Assembly: GCA_002413045.1 (NCBI GenBank)
Contig: DHWF01000051.1
Coordinates: 9,809 to 73,676 of the forward strand
DNA from: Chloroflexi bacterium UBA5189
Lineage (GTDB): Bacteria > Chloroflexota > Limnocylindria > Limnocylindrales > CSP1-4
DNA: 63,868 nt
Direction: 5' to 3'
Positions 36,624-46,394 of this stretch are shown here, piece after piece. The first letter of the stretch is position 1, and every line of letters begins with the position of its first letter. The translations under genes and the position numbers were made by a program. Below the pieces are notes generated by a model. It did no database searches and was not told the DNA's origin. It worked only from the letters and a program-made list of their open reading frames with translations.

Positions 36624-39005
36624 GTGGACGCTCGCTCGGTCGCGATCCTCGAATTCCCGCTCGTCCGCGCGCGGCTGGCGGACCACACCTCGTTCGGCCC
36701 GAGCCGCCGTCTCGCTGAGGCGCTCGCACCCCAGTCGGACGCGGTCCTCGTCGCGCGTGGGCTGGACGAGACCGACGAGGCGCGGGCACTGATCGAGGAA
36801 CGGGCGGGCGTCGGGATTGCCGGCGCGCGCGACATCGGGCCGGCCATCGAGCGCGCGGCGCGTGGCGGCCGCCTCGATCCCGAGCAGTTCCTCGACGTCT
36901 GGGCGACGCTCGACGCCGCGGCCGGCCTCAAGCCGCACCTCGCCGACGCGCGCCGGCCGCTCCAGCGCGAGCTGGGCCGCCAGCTGCATCCGCTGCCGGC
37001 GATCACGTCCACCCTCGCGCGCTCGTTCGACCCGGCGGGCGAGTTGCTCGATACCGCATCGCCCCGCCTCGGTGGTCTCCGCGCGGCCGTTCGAGTCGCG
37101 TTCGACCGCCTCCGGCGCCGCCTCGACACCCTCGTCGCCTCGGAGCTCGGCAACGCCCTCCAGGAGCCGATCGTCACGCTCCGCAACGGGCGCTACGTCG
37201 TGCCGGTCCGGGCCGACGCGAAGGGCCGGGTCAAGGGCATCGTGCACGACGCATCCGGGAGCGGGCAGACGCTGTTCATCGAGCCGCTCGTGGTCGTCGA
37301 GCTCGGGAATGCGTGGCGCGAGGCGCAGGCCGCCGAGCAGGCCGAGATCGAGCGGATCCTCGACGAGCTGTCGGCACTGGTCGGCGCGAACGCCGGGCCG
37401 CTGCGCGAGACCCTCGGCGCACTCGCCCAGTTCGACTTCTGGGCAGCCAAGGCGCAGCTCGCCGGCGAGATGGGCGCCTCGCGTCCGGAGACGACGAAAC
37501 GGTCCGAGGTCATCCTCCTTTCGGCACGCCATCCGGGCCTGACCGGCCGTGTGGTCCCGATCGACGTGCGCCTCGGCGACGGCTTCACGGCCCTCGTCGT
37601 GACCGGCCCGAACACGGGCGGCAAGACCGTGACCCTCCGGACGCTCGGGCTGCTGGCACTGATGCACCAGGCGGGGCTCCATGTCCCGGCGGCGCCCGGC
37701 AGCCGGCTGCCGATCCTCCAAGACGTCTTCGCCGACATCGGCGACGAGCAGTCGATCGCCCAGTCACTGTCGACGTTCTCCGGCCACCTGCGCTCGATCA
37801 TTCGGATCGTCGAGGCGGCCGGCCCGGGGACGCTCGTGCTGCTCGATGAGCTCGGGGCCGGCACCGACCCGACCGAGGGGTCTGCGCTCGCCCAGGCGCT
37901 GCTGGACCACTTCATCAAGGCAGGCGCGCTCGTCGCCGCGACGACCCACTACGCCGAGCTGAAGGCCTACGCCCACACGACGCCCGGCGCGACGAACGCG
38001 TCCGTGGAGTTCGATCTCGAGACGCTCAGCCCCACGTACCGGCTCACGATCGGGCTGCCAGGCGGCTCGCAGGCCTTCGCCATCGCCGAGCGCCTGGGGC
38101 TCCCGCCGGCGCTGGTGGCCGACGCTCGATCGCGCCTCAGCGAGTCACAGCGCACCTTCGAGGCGACGCTGGCGCGCATCCGCGAGGTCGAGACCGAGAC
38201 TGCGGAGTCGAAGGACCGCACCCGCGAGGCGGAGCTGCGTGCCGGCGAAGCGCTCCGGGCTGCCGCCGACGAACGACGGAAGGCCCAGCAGTCGCGCGCG
38301 GACACGGAGCTGCGCGCGCGGGAAGAAGCCGCGCGCCTCGTCTCGGATCTCCGGTCGGAGCTCGAGAACGCCCGCCGGTCGCTCGAGCGCGGCGCGCTCA
38401 CGGGTCCGGCCATCAACAGCGTGCTGGAGCGCGCAGAGGATCGACTCGCGAAGGCGCCGGCGCCGGCATCAGCGCGTGGTGGGCCAGCGGCCACGAAGGC
38501 ACCCGCGGGCTCCGCATCGCCACCGGCCTGGCGGGTCGGCGACGAGGCGCGGAGTCGGTCCGGCGGCTGGACGGGGCGGATCGCCGAGCTCGATCGATCG
38601 AAGCGCCGAGCGACCATCGAGACCGGCTCGATGCGCGTCAGCGTCGAGGTCGCCGATCTCGAGCCCGTCGAGCCGTCGAGTGGCGGCTCGGGCACCGGCA
38701 ACGGCAGCGGCGCCGGGCCCGCCGGCACGAACGTCGCGGAGCTGCGGCTCAGCCGCGCCCGGAGCGTCCCGATGTCACTCGACCTACGCGGCGCGCGGGT
38801 CGACGAAGCGCTGGCGGCCCTTGACCGCTACCTCGAGGACGCCTCGCTCGCCGGTCTGGCGAAAGTCACCGTGATCCACGGCCTCGGAACCGGCGCGCTG
38901 CGAGACGCGGTGCGAACCGACTCGGCGGCCCATCCGCTCGTTCGAACGGTCCGGCCCGGCGAGCGCGGCGAGGGCGGCGACGGGGTCACCGTCGTCGAGC
39001 TGTAG
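36624..39005 (+). CDS. mutS2: Endonuclease MutS2
   Basis: TGPNTGGKT, IGDEQSIAQSLSTFSGH, LLDELGAGTDP, C-terminal Smr LDLRG...IHGLGTG. Confidence 0.96.
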   Translation: MDARSVAILEFPLVRARLADHTSFGPSRRLAEALAPQSDAVLVARGLDETDEARALIEERAGVGIAGARDIGPAIERAARGGRLDPEQFLDVWATLDAAAGLKPHLADARRPLQRELGRQLHPLPAITSTLARSFDPAGELLDTASPRLGGLRAAVRVAFDRLRRRLDTLVASELGNALQEPIVTLRNGRYVVPVRADAKGRVKGIVHDASGSGQTLFIEPLVVVELGNAWREAQAAEQAEIERILDELSALVGANAGPLRETLGALAQFDFWAAKAQLAGEMGASRPETTKRSEVILLSARHPGLTGRVVPIDVRLGDGFTALVVTGPNTGGKTVTLRTLGLLALMHQAGLHVPAAPGSRLPILQDVFADIGDEQSIAQSLSTFSGHLRSIIRIVEAAGPGTLVLLDELGAGTDPTEGSALAQALLDHFIKAGALVAATTHYAELKAYAHTTPGATNASVEFDLETLSPTYRLTIGLPGGSQAFAIAERLGLPPALVADARSRLSESQRTFEATLARIREVETETAESKDRTREAELRAGEALRAAADERRKAQQSRADTELRAREEAARLVSDLRSELENARRSLERGALTGPAINSVLERAEDRLAKAPAPASARGGPAATKAPAGSASPPAWRVGDEARSRSGGWTGRIAELDRSKRRATIETGSMRVSVEVADLEPVEPSSGGSGTGNGSGAGPAGTNVAELRLSRARSVPMSLDLRGARVDEALAALDRYLEDASLAGLAKVTVIHGLGTGALRDAVRTDSAAHPLVRTVRPGERGEGGDGVTVVEL

Positions 39006-39022
39006 GCGAGGCGCCTGGGCGG

Positions 39023-41938
39023 CTAGCGGCGCCGCCGCTTCGGTCGAACCGGCTTGAACCGGCGCCCGATCAGCAGCGTGAACAGCGGTGCCAGCAGCGG
39101 GAACAGGGCGATCGGCAGGATCCCGTTCGGCGGCGCCGCGGCGGTCGTCGTCGTTTGACCGCCGGGTACCAGCAGCGACGGGAGCCCGCCCGACGCCTTG
39201 CCCTTCGTGGGTGAGGGCGTCGGCGTGTCGTGCGGATTGCCGTGGCTCTGGCTGGGCGTTGGCGGCGGGGTGATGCACGGGACGATGATCGAGGGCTGTG
39301 GGGTGGGCGGCCCGCCACCCGGTCCGCAGTTGGTCAGTGGCTGGCACACTCCGGTCGGCTTGAACGCGCCGCCCCAGGTTGCCCCGAACGGGTGAAAGCC
39401 GAGGCTGTAGAAGTACATCGTCCGGGTCCTCTTGGGACCGCCACGTACGCCGGGGCCCCTGGCCGCTCGCTGGGCCCATTCCTGGGTGTACGGCTGCCAC
39501 TGCGGGAAGCGGGGCTCTGCCTGGCTGAAGTCGAGGGCCGTCTTGGTCACCATCGGGCCGGTGCAGCCGTTCGCCCACAGCAGGCCGGTCGCCTGGTCGA
39601 TCTGGACAGAGACGTGGAGGTTGTCCGGGCGGGTCGGCTGGGTGCCCTTGATGAACATCTCTTTGACCGTCGACACCGTGCCGGGGCCGGGGAGCATGCC
39701 GCTGAACGCGTCGACGGTCACGTCGACCAGCCCGTCCGGCCGGCTGAACTTCGCGATCGGCATCTTCTTGCTGGCCTCGGTCAGGATGCGCGACCAGACC
39801 GGCGCAGACGACGCCAGCGAGAGTGCGTCGTTGTTCGGCGAGGAGTCCGAGTTGCCCATCCAGACGCCGACTGCGAGGGCCGGCGCATTCGGGTCACTGG
39901 GGGGCGCGAGGTACCCGAAGGCGAGGGTGTCCTTGTGGTCGTTCGTCGTCCCCGTCTTGTAGGCGGCAGGCCGGCGGATCGTGCCGCTGCTCGTCTTCTG
40001 CAGGATGTCCCACTTGCCCCAGAACGGGTTGATGCTCGGGGTGGTGTTGCCGCTCAGGATGTCCGTGATGATGTAGGCCGCCTGGGGCGAGACGATCCGC
40101 TTGCCGACCTGCGTGTCGTTCGCCGTCGGATAGACCACGTTGCCGCCCTTGTCCCGGACCTCGAGGATCATCGTTCGCGGCATGAGGACGCCGCCGTCGG
40201 CGATCGAGCCGTAGGCGCCGAGCAGGTCGATCGGGTGGACCTCGATCGTCCCGATGGATTGCGAGACCACCGGGACTGCGCCCGGCGGAAAGTGCATCCC
40301 GAAGTCCTGCTCGCGGTTGAACACGTGATCGATGCCCTGGAGGAGGCCGGCCTTGATCGAAGGGACGTTCAGCGAGAATTGGAGGGCCGAGCGGAGCCGA
40401 ACTGGGCCGCGCTCCAGGCCGTCGTCCTGGGTCGGCGTGTACGACGCGCCCTTCTTGCCGAACTCGGTGACGACGTCCATGAACACCGTGGCCGCCGTCA
40501 GGGTGTGGTCGTCGATGCCGATGACGTAATTCAGCGGCTTGATCGACGAGCCCGGCTGCCGGAACCCGTCCGACATGACATCGAACTGGGGCTGGAACTT
40601 GGTGTTCCCGTCGGCGTAGTACTGGCCGCTGCCGGCGTAGGCGAGGATCTGGCCGGTCCGGTAGTCCTCGATCGCGGCTGCGCCGTTGTGGAGGTTGGCG
40701 CCCTTCAGGTTGCGCAACCAGGACTGGTCGCCGGCGGAGATCCCGAGGGCCTTCCAGACCGGACCCGGGCTCTTGAGCTGGGTCACCCGCGTCGACGCGT
40801 ACAGCCACTTCTCGACCGTCTGCTGCATGGTCCAGTCGAGCGAGGTCACGACCTGGTAGCCGCCGGTGTCGACGGCCGGGCAGTTGTCGGCAAGGTCCGG
40901 GCCGCACAGGATCGCCCCGAGCTGGCTCCGGATCTGCCACACGAACTGGGGCGCCTTCCAGGGCGGGGCCGCCTGCGGCGTCAGGATGAGCGGCTCCTGC
41001 TCGGCGGCGTCGTATTCGGCCGGGGCGTGCTTCGTGCCCGACAGGACGCTGCGCGTCTTCATCAGCTCGAGGACGTGGTTCCGGCGGGTCACGATGTCCG
41101 TCGTGGAGGGGACGATCAGCGTGACCTTATCCGCGGGGCAGACCTGGCCCTCCTGGAGGGTGATGCTGCATTCGCGGATCGCGTTCTTGATCAGGTCGTA
41201 CTGGGTCGGCGACTGGGGTATGGCCGCGAGCACGGCAAACTGGGCGAGGTCCAGCTTGGTGAGGTCCTTGCCGAAGTACCCGAGGGCGGCGGCCTCGACG
41301 CCGTAGCTCTGGTTCCCGTAGAAGTTCTGGTTCAGGTACGCGGTCATGATCGTCTGCTTGCCGGCGTCCCCCGGGAACGCCTGGGTCAGCCGGATCGACT
41401 GGATGATCTCGCGGATCTTCCGGTCGTAGACCGTCCCGCTGAACCCGTTGGTGCCGAGGAGGCGCGCCCGAACGAGCTGCTGGGTGATCGTCGACGCGCC
41501 GCGAGGATGGCCAGAGAGCGTGTCGAGGCCGGCGGACACCACGGCGCTGATGTCGAAGCCGGGGTTCGTCCAGAAGTCCTTGTCCTCGACCGCCGTCGTC
41601 GCGTCCATCATCTCGGGCGGGATCTGGTCGAAGGTGACCAGCTGGCGGCGGAGGACCCCGAAGCGCGCCAGCTCGACCTTGCCGGTGCGGTCGTAGACGA
41701 CCGAGGGCTGTTCGAAGCTGATGTCGTTCAGGAGCTGCGCGGGGTCCGGCAGGTCCCGGCTGTAGTAGGCGTACGCGGTGACGGTCCCGATGAAGCCCAC
41801 GCCACCGAGGATGAGGAAGCTCGAGAACAGGAGGAGCGGGATGGCGAGCGCCGCTCGTCGGGCGGAGCCACCTCCACGTCCGCGCCTTGCGGCTCCGCTT
41901 CGGCGATGCCGCTGACGCCTCTGGAGGGCTGTCTGCAT
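39023..41938 (-). CDS. Class A penicillin-binding protein (transglycosylase/transpeptidase)
   Basis: EDKDF, GASTITQQL, YLNQNFYG; SSIK (SxxK), SLN (SxN), KTG. Confidence 0.95.
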   Translation of the reverse strand: MQTALQRRQRHRRSGAARRGRGGGSARRAALAIPLLLFSSFLILGGVGFIGTVTAYAYYSRDLPDPAQLLNDISFEQPSVVYDRTGKVELARFGVLRRQLVTFDQIPPEMMDATTAVEDKDFWTNPGFDISAVVSAGLDTLSGHPRGASTITQQLVRARLLGTNGFSGTVYDRKIREIIQSIRLTQAFPGDAGKQTIMTAYLNQNFYGNQSYGVEAAALGYFGKDLTKLDLAQFAVLAAIPQSPTQYDLIKNAIRECSITLQEGQVCPADKVTLIVPSTTDIVTRRNHVLELMKTRSVLSGTKHAPAEYDAAEQEPLILTPQAAPPWKAPQFVWQIRSQLGAILCGPDLADNCPAVDTGGYQVVTSLDWTMQQTVEKWLYASTRVTQLKSPGPVWKALGISAGDQSWLRNLKGANLHNGAAAIEDYRTGQILAYAGSGQYYADGNTKFQPQFDVMSDGFRQPGSSIKPLNYVIGIDDHTLTAATVFMDVVTEFGKKGASYTPTQDDGLERGPVRLRSALQFSLNVPSIKAGLLQGIDHVFNREQDFGMHFPPGAVPVVSQSIGTIEVHPIDLLGAYGSIADGGVLMPRTMILEVRDKGGNVVYPTANDTQVGKRIVSPQAAYIITDILSGNTTPSINPFWGKWDILQKTSSGTIRRPAAYKTGTTNDHKDTLAFGYLAPPSDPNAPALAVGVWMGNSDSSPNNDALSLASSAPVWSRILTEASKKMPIAKFSRPDGLVDVTVDAFSGMLPGPGTVSTVKEMFIKGTQPTRPDNLHVSVQIDQATGLLWANGCTGPMVTKTALDFSQAEPRFPQWQPYTQEWAQRAARGPGVRGGPKRTRTMYFYSLGFHPFGATWGGAFKPTGVCQPLTNCGPGGGPPTPQPSIIVPCITPPPTPSQSHGNPHDTPTPSPTKGKASGGLPSLLVPGGQTTTTAAAPPNGILPIALFPLLAPLFTLLIGRRFKPVRPKRRRR

Positions 41939-42035
41939 GTGCGGGCGACGATACCATAGGGTCCGTGAGGGCCTTTTCCCCCCATCGGGTCGCGGTGTCG
42001 ACGGCCTTCGCCCCGATCCTGTGACGCCCGATTCG

Positions 42036-43358
42036 ATGTCGGTTTCGACACCGCCGTCGTTCGATCCCGGCCTCGGCGGGCTCATCCCGGAGCTCCGCTG
42101 GCGCGGGATGTTCCACGCTGCCTCCGATGGGCTGGAGGCGCGGCTCGCGAGCGGCCGCACGATCACGGGCTACAACGGCTTCGACCCCTCAGGCCCGTGG
42201 CTCCACATCGGGCACCTGGTGCCGATCTTCGGGCTCATTCACCTGCAGCGCCGCGGCGGCGTGCCGATCGCGCTGGTCGGTGGCGGGACGGGCATGATCG
42301 GCGACCCGTCCGGCCGCTCCAGCGAGCGCAACCTGCTGTCACGGGAGCGGCTCGCCGAGAACGTCGCGTCGATCCGGCCGCAGCTCGAGCGGTTCCTCGA
42401 CTTCGACGGTCCGCGTGGCGCACAGATGGCAAACAACCTGGACTGGCTCGAGCCGATCCACCTGCTCGACTTCCTCCGCGACATCGGCAAGCACTTCACG
42501 ATCCCGTACATGCTCGCCAAGGACTCGGTGCAGCTGCGGCTCGAGGGCGGCCTGTCGTTCACCGAGTTCAGCTACATGCTCATCCAGTCGGCCGACTTCC
42601 AGCACCTGTACCGGTCGCTGGGGTGCGAGCTCCAGATGGGTGGCGCTGACCAGTGGGGCAACATCACCGCCGGGCTGGAGCTCATCAGGCGAGCGTCCGG
42701 CGCGCCGGGCAGCGAGGGCGAGGGCGCCGGCGGCCAGGCGTTCGCACTCTCGTACCCGTTGCTGCTGACTCCGTCCGGAGCCAAGTTCGGCAAGTCCGAG
42801 AGCGGCGATTCGGTCTGGCTGCACGCCGACGGGACCTCGCCGTACGCGTTCTACCAGCACTGGCTGAACACGGACGACCGCGACGTCCCCGTGTACCTGC
42901 GCTGGTTCACGCTGTTCGAACCGGCGCAGATCGGGGCGCTCGAGGCGGCGATGGCCGAGCACCCGGAGCGGCGCGAGGCGCAGCGCGCCCTCGCGCTGGA
43001 CGTCACCACTCGCGTCCACGGCGTCGAGACGGCGAAGCGCGCAGTCGCGGCCTCCCGGGCGGCCTTCTCCGGCGCGCCGATCGTCGACCCGGCGATCCTC
43101 GCGACGCTGCACCAGGCCGCGGACGGCTTCGACTACAGGCCCGAGCACGCCGCCGGCGGCCTGCTCGGCTTCCTGGTGGCCACCGGCACGTTTGCCTCGC
43201 GCGGCGAGGCGCGCCGCATGATCGAGGGCGGCGGCTTGAGCGTGAACGACGTGCGCATCACGGATCCGGATGCCCCGGTGCCGGCGCCGATAAGCCACGA
43301 CTGGATCGTGGTCCGTGTCGGCAAGCGCAGGCTGCGCGTAGGCCGGCGGGTCGACTGA
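42036..43358 (+). CDS. tyrS: Tyrosine--tRNA ligase
   Basis: GFDPS..LHIGH, QMGGADQWGNI, KFGKS, C-terminal S4 domain. Confidence 0.98.
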   Translation: MSVSTPPSFDPGLGGLIPELRWRGMFHAASDGLEARLASGRTITGYNGFDPSGPWLHIGHLVPIFGLIHLQRRGGVPIALVGGGTGMIGDPSGRSSERNLLSRERLAENVASIRPQLERFLDFDGPRGAQMANNLDWLEPIHLLDFLRDIGKHFTIPYMLAKDSVQLRLEGGLSFTEFSYMLIQSADFQHLYRSLGCELQMGGADQWGNITAGLELIRRASGAPGSEGEGAGGQAFALSYPLLLTPSGAKFGKSESGDSVWLHADGTSPYAFYQHWLNTDDRDVPVYLRWFTLFEPAQIGALEAAMAEHPERREAQRALALDVTTRVHGVETAKRAVAASRAAFSGAPIVDPAILATLHQAADGFDYRPEHAAGGLLGFLVATGTFASRGEARRMIEGGGLSVNDVRITDPDAPVPAPISHDWIVVRVGKRRLRVGRRVD

Positions 43359-45202
43359 TGGCCGGCGAGAGCGCCGCCGCGAACCCGGCTGCGCCGTCGC
43401 CGGCGACCTGGGAGGAACGCTACCGGGCGCCGCGCACCGGCTGGGTTCGGATCGCCGCCAGGCGGCCCGAGCGCGGGCTCATCTGTACGAACAGCTCCGG
43501 CGTGTACCAGGTCCACCGGTGGATCGTCGGCGAGCCGCCCGGGAAGGCGCTGACGAGGAGCCCCGTTGGTCGGACCAACGCCTGGATCAGCCCCGATGGC
43601 GAGTGGGTGGTGTGGCATGCCGACGAAGCCGGCAACGAGGTGGGCCACTTCGTCGCGATGCCCTGGTCGGGTGGCGAGGCCGTCGACCTGACGCCGGAGC
43701 TGCCACCGTACGCGAGCTTCGCGGCGGACTTCGGGGACGACGGCACGTTCGTCGCGTCGATCATCGGCCACGACCGAGTCCAGATCGCGGTGATCGCAAT
43801 GCCCGGCGCCGAACGCACCGCAACGCCGGCGAGCCTCCTTGACCCGGGGCCAGGGTTCGTGGTCGGCGTCGCCCGCCACGGAACGCGGGTCGCCTACACG
43901 ACGACCGGCGGGCGGGGCCTGTCGACCGGCCTGCGGATCGTCGACGCGGCCTCGGGCCAGGCGCTCCTCGAGATCGATCACGCTCCTGGGGCGATCTCGC
44001 TGCACGGGTACGGGCCGAGCGGCACGGTGCTGGCATCGACCAGCCGCACGGGCACGAGCCGGCCACTCGTGGTGGAGGCGGACGGGACCGTCACCGAGTT
44101 TGCCCTGCCCGACATCGAAGACGAGCTGTTCCCGCTGTCGCTCTCGCGCGATGGGGCGACCGCGCTGCTGCTCGGCGGCCACCGATCGATCGAGCGCCTA
44201 TACCTGCTCGAGCTGCGAACGGGGGTGGCGCATCGCCTCGACGGGGTGAGCGGGTCGGTGGCGCCGTCGCGCCCGGGTGCCAGCACGTTCATCGCCCCCG
44301 ACGGGCGCGTGATCGTGACCCGGGAGGACGCGACGACCACGCCCGAGGTCGTCGTGGTCGACCCGGTCGACGGGCGGACCATCGAGACGCTGGTGCCCGC
44401 ATCGGACGTCCCGCCCTCGCGGCCGTTGCGATCGCTGGAGATCCCGACGACCGACGGCGCCACGGTCCAGGGCTGGCTCGCCACCCCTGAGGGTCCCGGC
44501 CCGTTTCCGACGATCCTGGACGTGCATGGCGGCCCGCAGGCCAACGAATCGGATCGCTTCAATCCGGACGCCCAGGCATGGGTCGATCGTGGGTTCGCGT
44601 TCCTGGCCCTCAACTACCGTGGCTCGACCGGCTTCGGGCGGGCGTACGAGCAGGCGATCTGGGGCCGGCCGGGCCGCTGCGAGCTGGACGACATGGTCGC
44701 CGCCCGCGAGCTCTTGGTTCGGGAGGGCATTGCCGATCCCGATCGGGTCGTGCCGTTCGGCGGCTCGTACGGCGGGTACCTCACGCTGCTCGCGCTCGGT
44801 CGCCGCCCAGACCTGTGGGCGGCCGGCGTCGCGATCGTGGCGATCGCCGACTGGCGGCTCCTGTACGAGGACGGCGAAAGCCTGCGCGACTACCAGCGGG
44901 CGCTGTTCGAGGGCACGCCGGACGAGAAGCCGGAGGAGCATGCCGAGGCCTCGCCGGTGACCTATGTCGGCGACCTGCGCGCGCCGGTCCTGATCATCCA
45001 GGGCCGGAACGACGCCCGCTGCCCGGCGCGGCAGATGGAGGACTACGTGGCGCGGGCTCGCCGCCTCGGCAAGGCCCTGGAGATCGACTGGTTCGATGCG
45101 GGCCACGGGCACGGCGCGATCGACACCCGGGTTGCCTGGTGCCGGCGCTGGATCGAGTTCGTCGAGCGCTCGCTCGGGATCGAGGCAGCCTCGCCGGTCT
45201 GA
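43358..45202 (+). CDS. S9 family peptidase (acylaminoacyl/prolyl oligopeptidase)
   Basis: VHGGP, NYRGSTGFG, GGSYGG nucleophile, GRNDARC, AGHG; N-terminal propeller. Confidence 0.93.
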   Translation: MAGESAAANPAAPSPATWEERYRAPRTGWVRIAARRPERGLICTNSSGVYQVHRWIVGEPPGKALTRSPVGRTNAWISPDGEWVVWHADEAGNEVGHFVAMPWSGGEAVDLTPELPPYASFAADFGDDGTFVASIIGHDRVQIAVIAMPGAERTATPASLLDPGPGFVVGVARHGTRVAYTTTGGRGLSTGLRIVDAASGQALLEIDHAPGAISLHGYGPSGTVLASTSRTGTSRPLVVEADGTVTEFALPDIEDELFPLSLSRDGATALLLGGHRSIERLYLLELRTGVAHRLDGVSGSVAPSRPGASTFIAPDGRVIVTREDATTTPEVVVVDPVDGRTIETLVPASDVPPSRPLRSLEIPTTDGATVQGWLATPEGPGPFPTILDVHGGPQANESDRFNPDAQAWVDRGFAFLALNYRGSTGFGRAYEQAIWGRPGRCELDDMVAARELLVREGIADPDRVVPFGGSYGGYLTLLALGRRPDLWAAGVAIVAIADWRLLYEDGESLRDYQRALFEGTPDEKPEEHAEASPVTYVGDLRAPVLIIQGRNDARCPARQMEDYVARARRLGKALEIDWFDAGHGHGAIDTRVAWCRRWIEFVERSLGIEAASPV

Positions 45203-45206
45203 CGAG

Positions 45207-46355
45207 CTAGGCGGCGATCTCGCGAGCGGCCTGGATCAAGCGGTCGTCCTGGGCGCGGCTGCGGACGGTCAGGCGGATGCAGTGGTCCAGCGGGTGCCCG
45301 GACGGGAAGGTCCGCGGAATGAGGCCACGCTGGAGGAGGGATTCGGCGACGGTGTCGGCGGTCTCGGGTGAGTCGAAGCTGACGAGCAGGAAGTTGGTCG
45401 CGGAGGGCTGCACGGTCCAGCCCGCCCCGGTGAGGCCGGCAGCGAAGCGTGCCCGCTCCGCGATCACGTCGGCGACGCGGCTGCGGACCAGGTCGTCGTC
45501 GGGCAGGAGCGCGGCGGCGACCTCCACCGAGACGATCGAGACCGAGCCCGGCGGCCGGTAGGTGGAGATCTCGCCGATGAGCTCCGGTGTCGCGATGGCG
45601 AACCCGACACGGAGCCCGGCGATCGCGTAGGCCTTGCTCATCGTGCGCGCGACGATCAGCCGCGGGTACGCGGCGCGGAGCACGTGGTGGCTGTCACCGG
45701 CGAACTCGATGTAGGCCTCGTCGAGCAGGACGATCGGCGCGAGGCGCCCATCGGCAGCGGCATCGGTGCGAAGGGCGGCGAGGAGCGCCTCGATCCTGCC
45801 CGCGGGCTCGAACGTGCCCGTCGGGTTGTTCGGGTTGCAGAGCCAGACGACGTTCGCGCCGCCCTCGACGGACCGGACACCCGAACGGACCGCCTCGGTG
45901 TCGAGGGCGTACCCGTCCGCGAGCCCGAGCCGCGGCACTCGGATCACGCGCGCGCCGCGCTGGTCCGTGAGGATCCCGTACATCGGGTACGTCGGGATCG
46001 GGACGACCGCCGCGCCGCCGTGCGGAATGAACGTCTTGGCCACGAGATCGAGGACCTCGTCCGCGCCCGCGCCCACGAGCAGGTCCTCGTGCGCGACGCC
46101 GTAGCGCGCCGCCGCGGCCGCGATGAGCCGCCCGTAGTCCGACGGCGGGTACTCGGACAGGGCGACCTCGAACTCGCCGCCGACGAGGAGCTCGCGGACG
46201 GCGCCCGGGGGTGCCGGGGCGGTGTTCTGGTCGAACCTGACGACCTGCTCGATCGGCAGGCCGTAGCGTGCGGCGACCTCCTGGTTCGTTGCCTCCCACG
46301 TCCAGCCGGCGGGCTTCGTCGGCGACGCGAACGTCACCGGGGTCGTCTTGGGCAT
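45207..46355 (-). CDS. hisC: Histidinol-phosphate aminotransferase-like PLP enzyme
   Basis: GAGADE, LCNPNNPTG, DEAYIEF, RTMSKAYAIAGLRVG. Confidence 0.85.
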   Translation of the reverse strand: MPKTTPVTFASPTKPAGWTWEATNQEVAARYGLPIEQVVRFDQNTAPAPPGAVRELLVGGEFEVALSEYPPSDYGRLIAAAAARYGVAHEDLLVGAGADEVLDLVAKTFIPHGGAAVVPIPTYPMYGILTDQRGARVIRVPRLGLADGYALDTEAVRSGVRSVEGGANVVWLCNPNNPTGTFEPAGRIEALLAALRTDAAADGRLAPIVLLDEAYIEFAGDSHHVLRAAYPRLIVARTMSKAYAIAGLRVGFAIATPELIGEISTYRPPGSVSIVSVEVAAALLPDDDLVRSRVADVIAERARFAAGLTGAGWTVQPSATNFLLVSFDSPETADTVAESLLQRGLIPRTFPSGHPLDHCIRLTVRSRAQDDRLIQAAREIAA

Positions 46356-46394
46356 GGCGGGGCGATGCGCGTCAGGGCTTGGAAGGCGGCCGGC

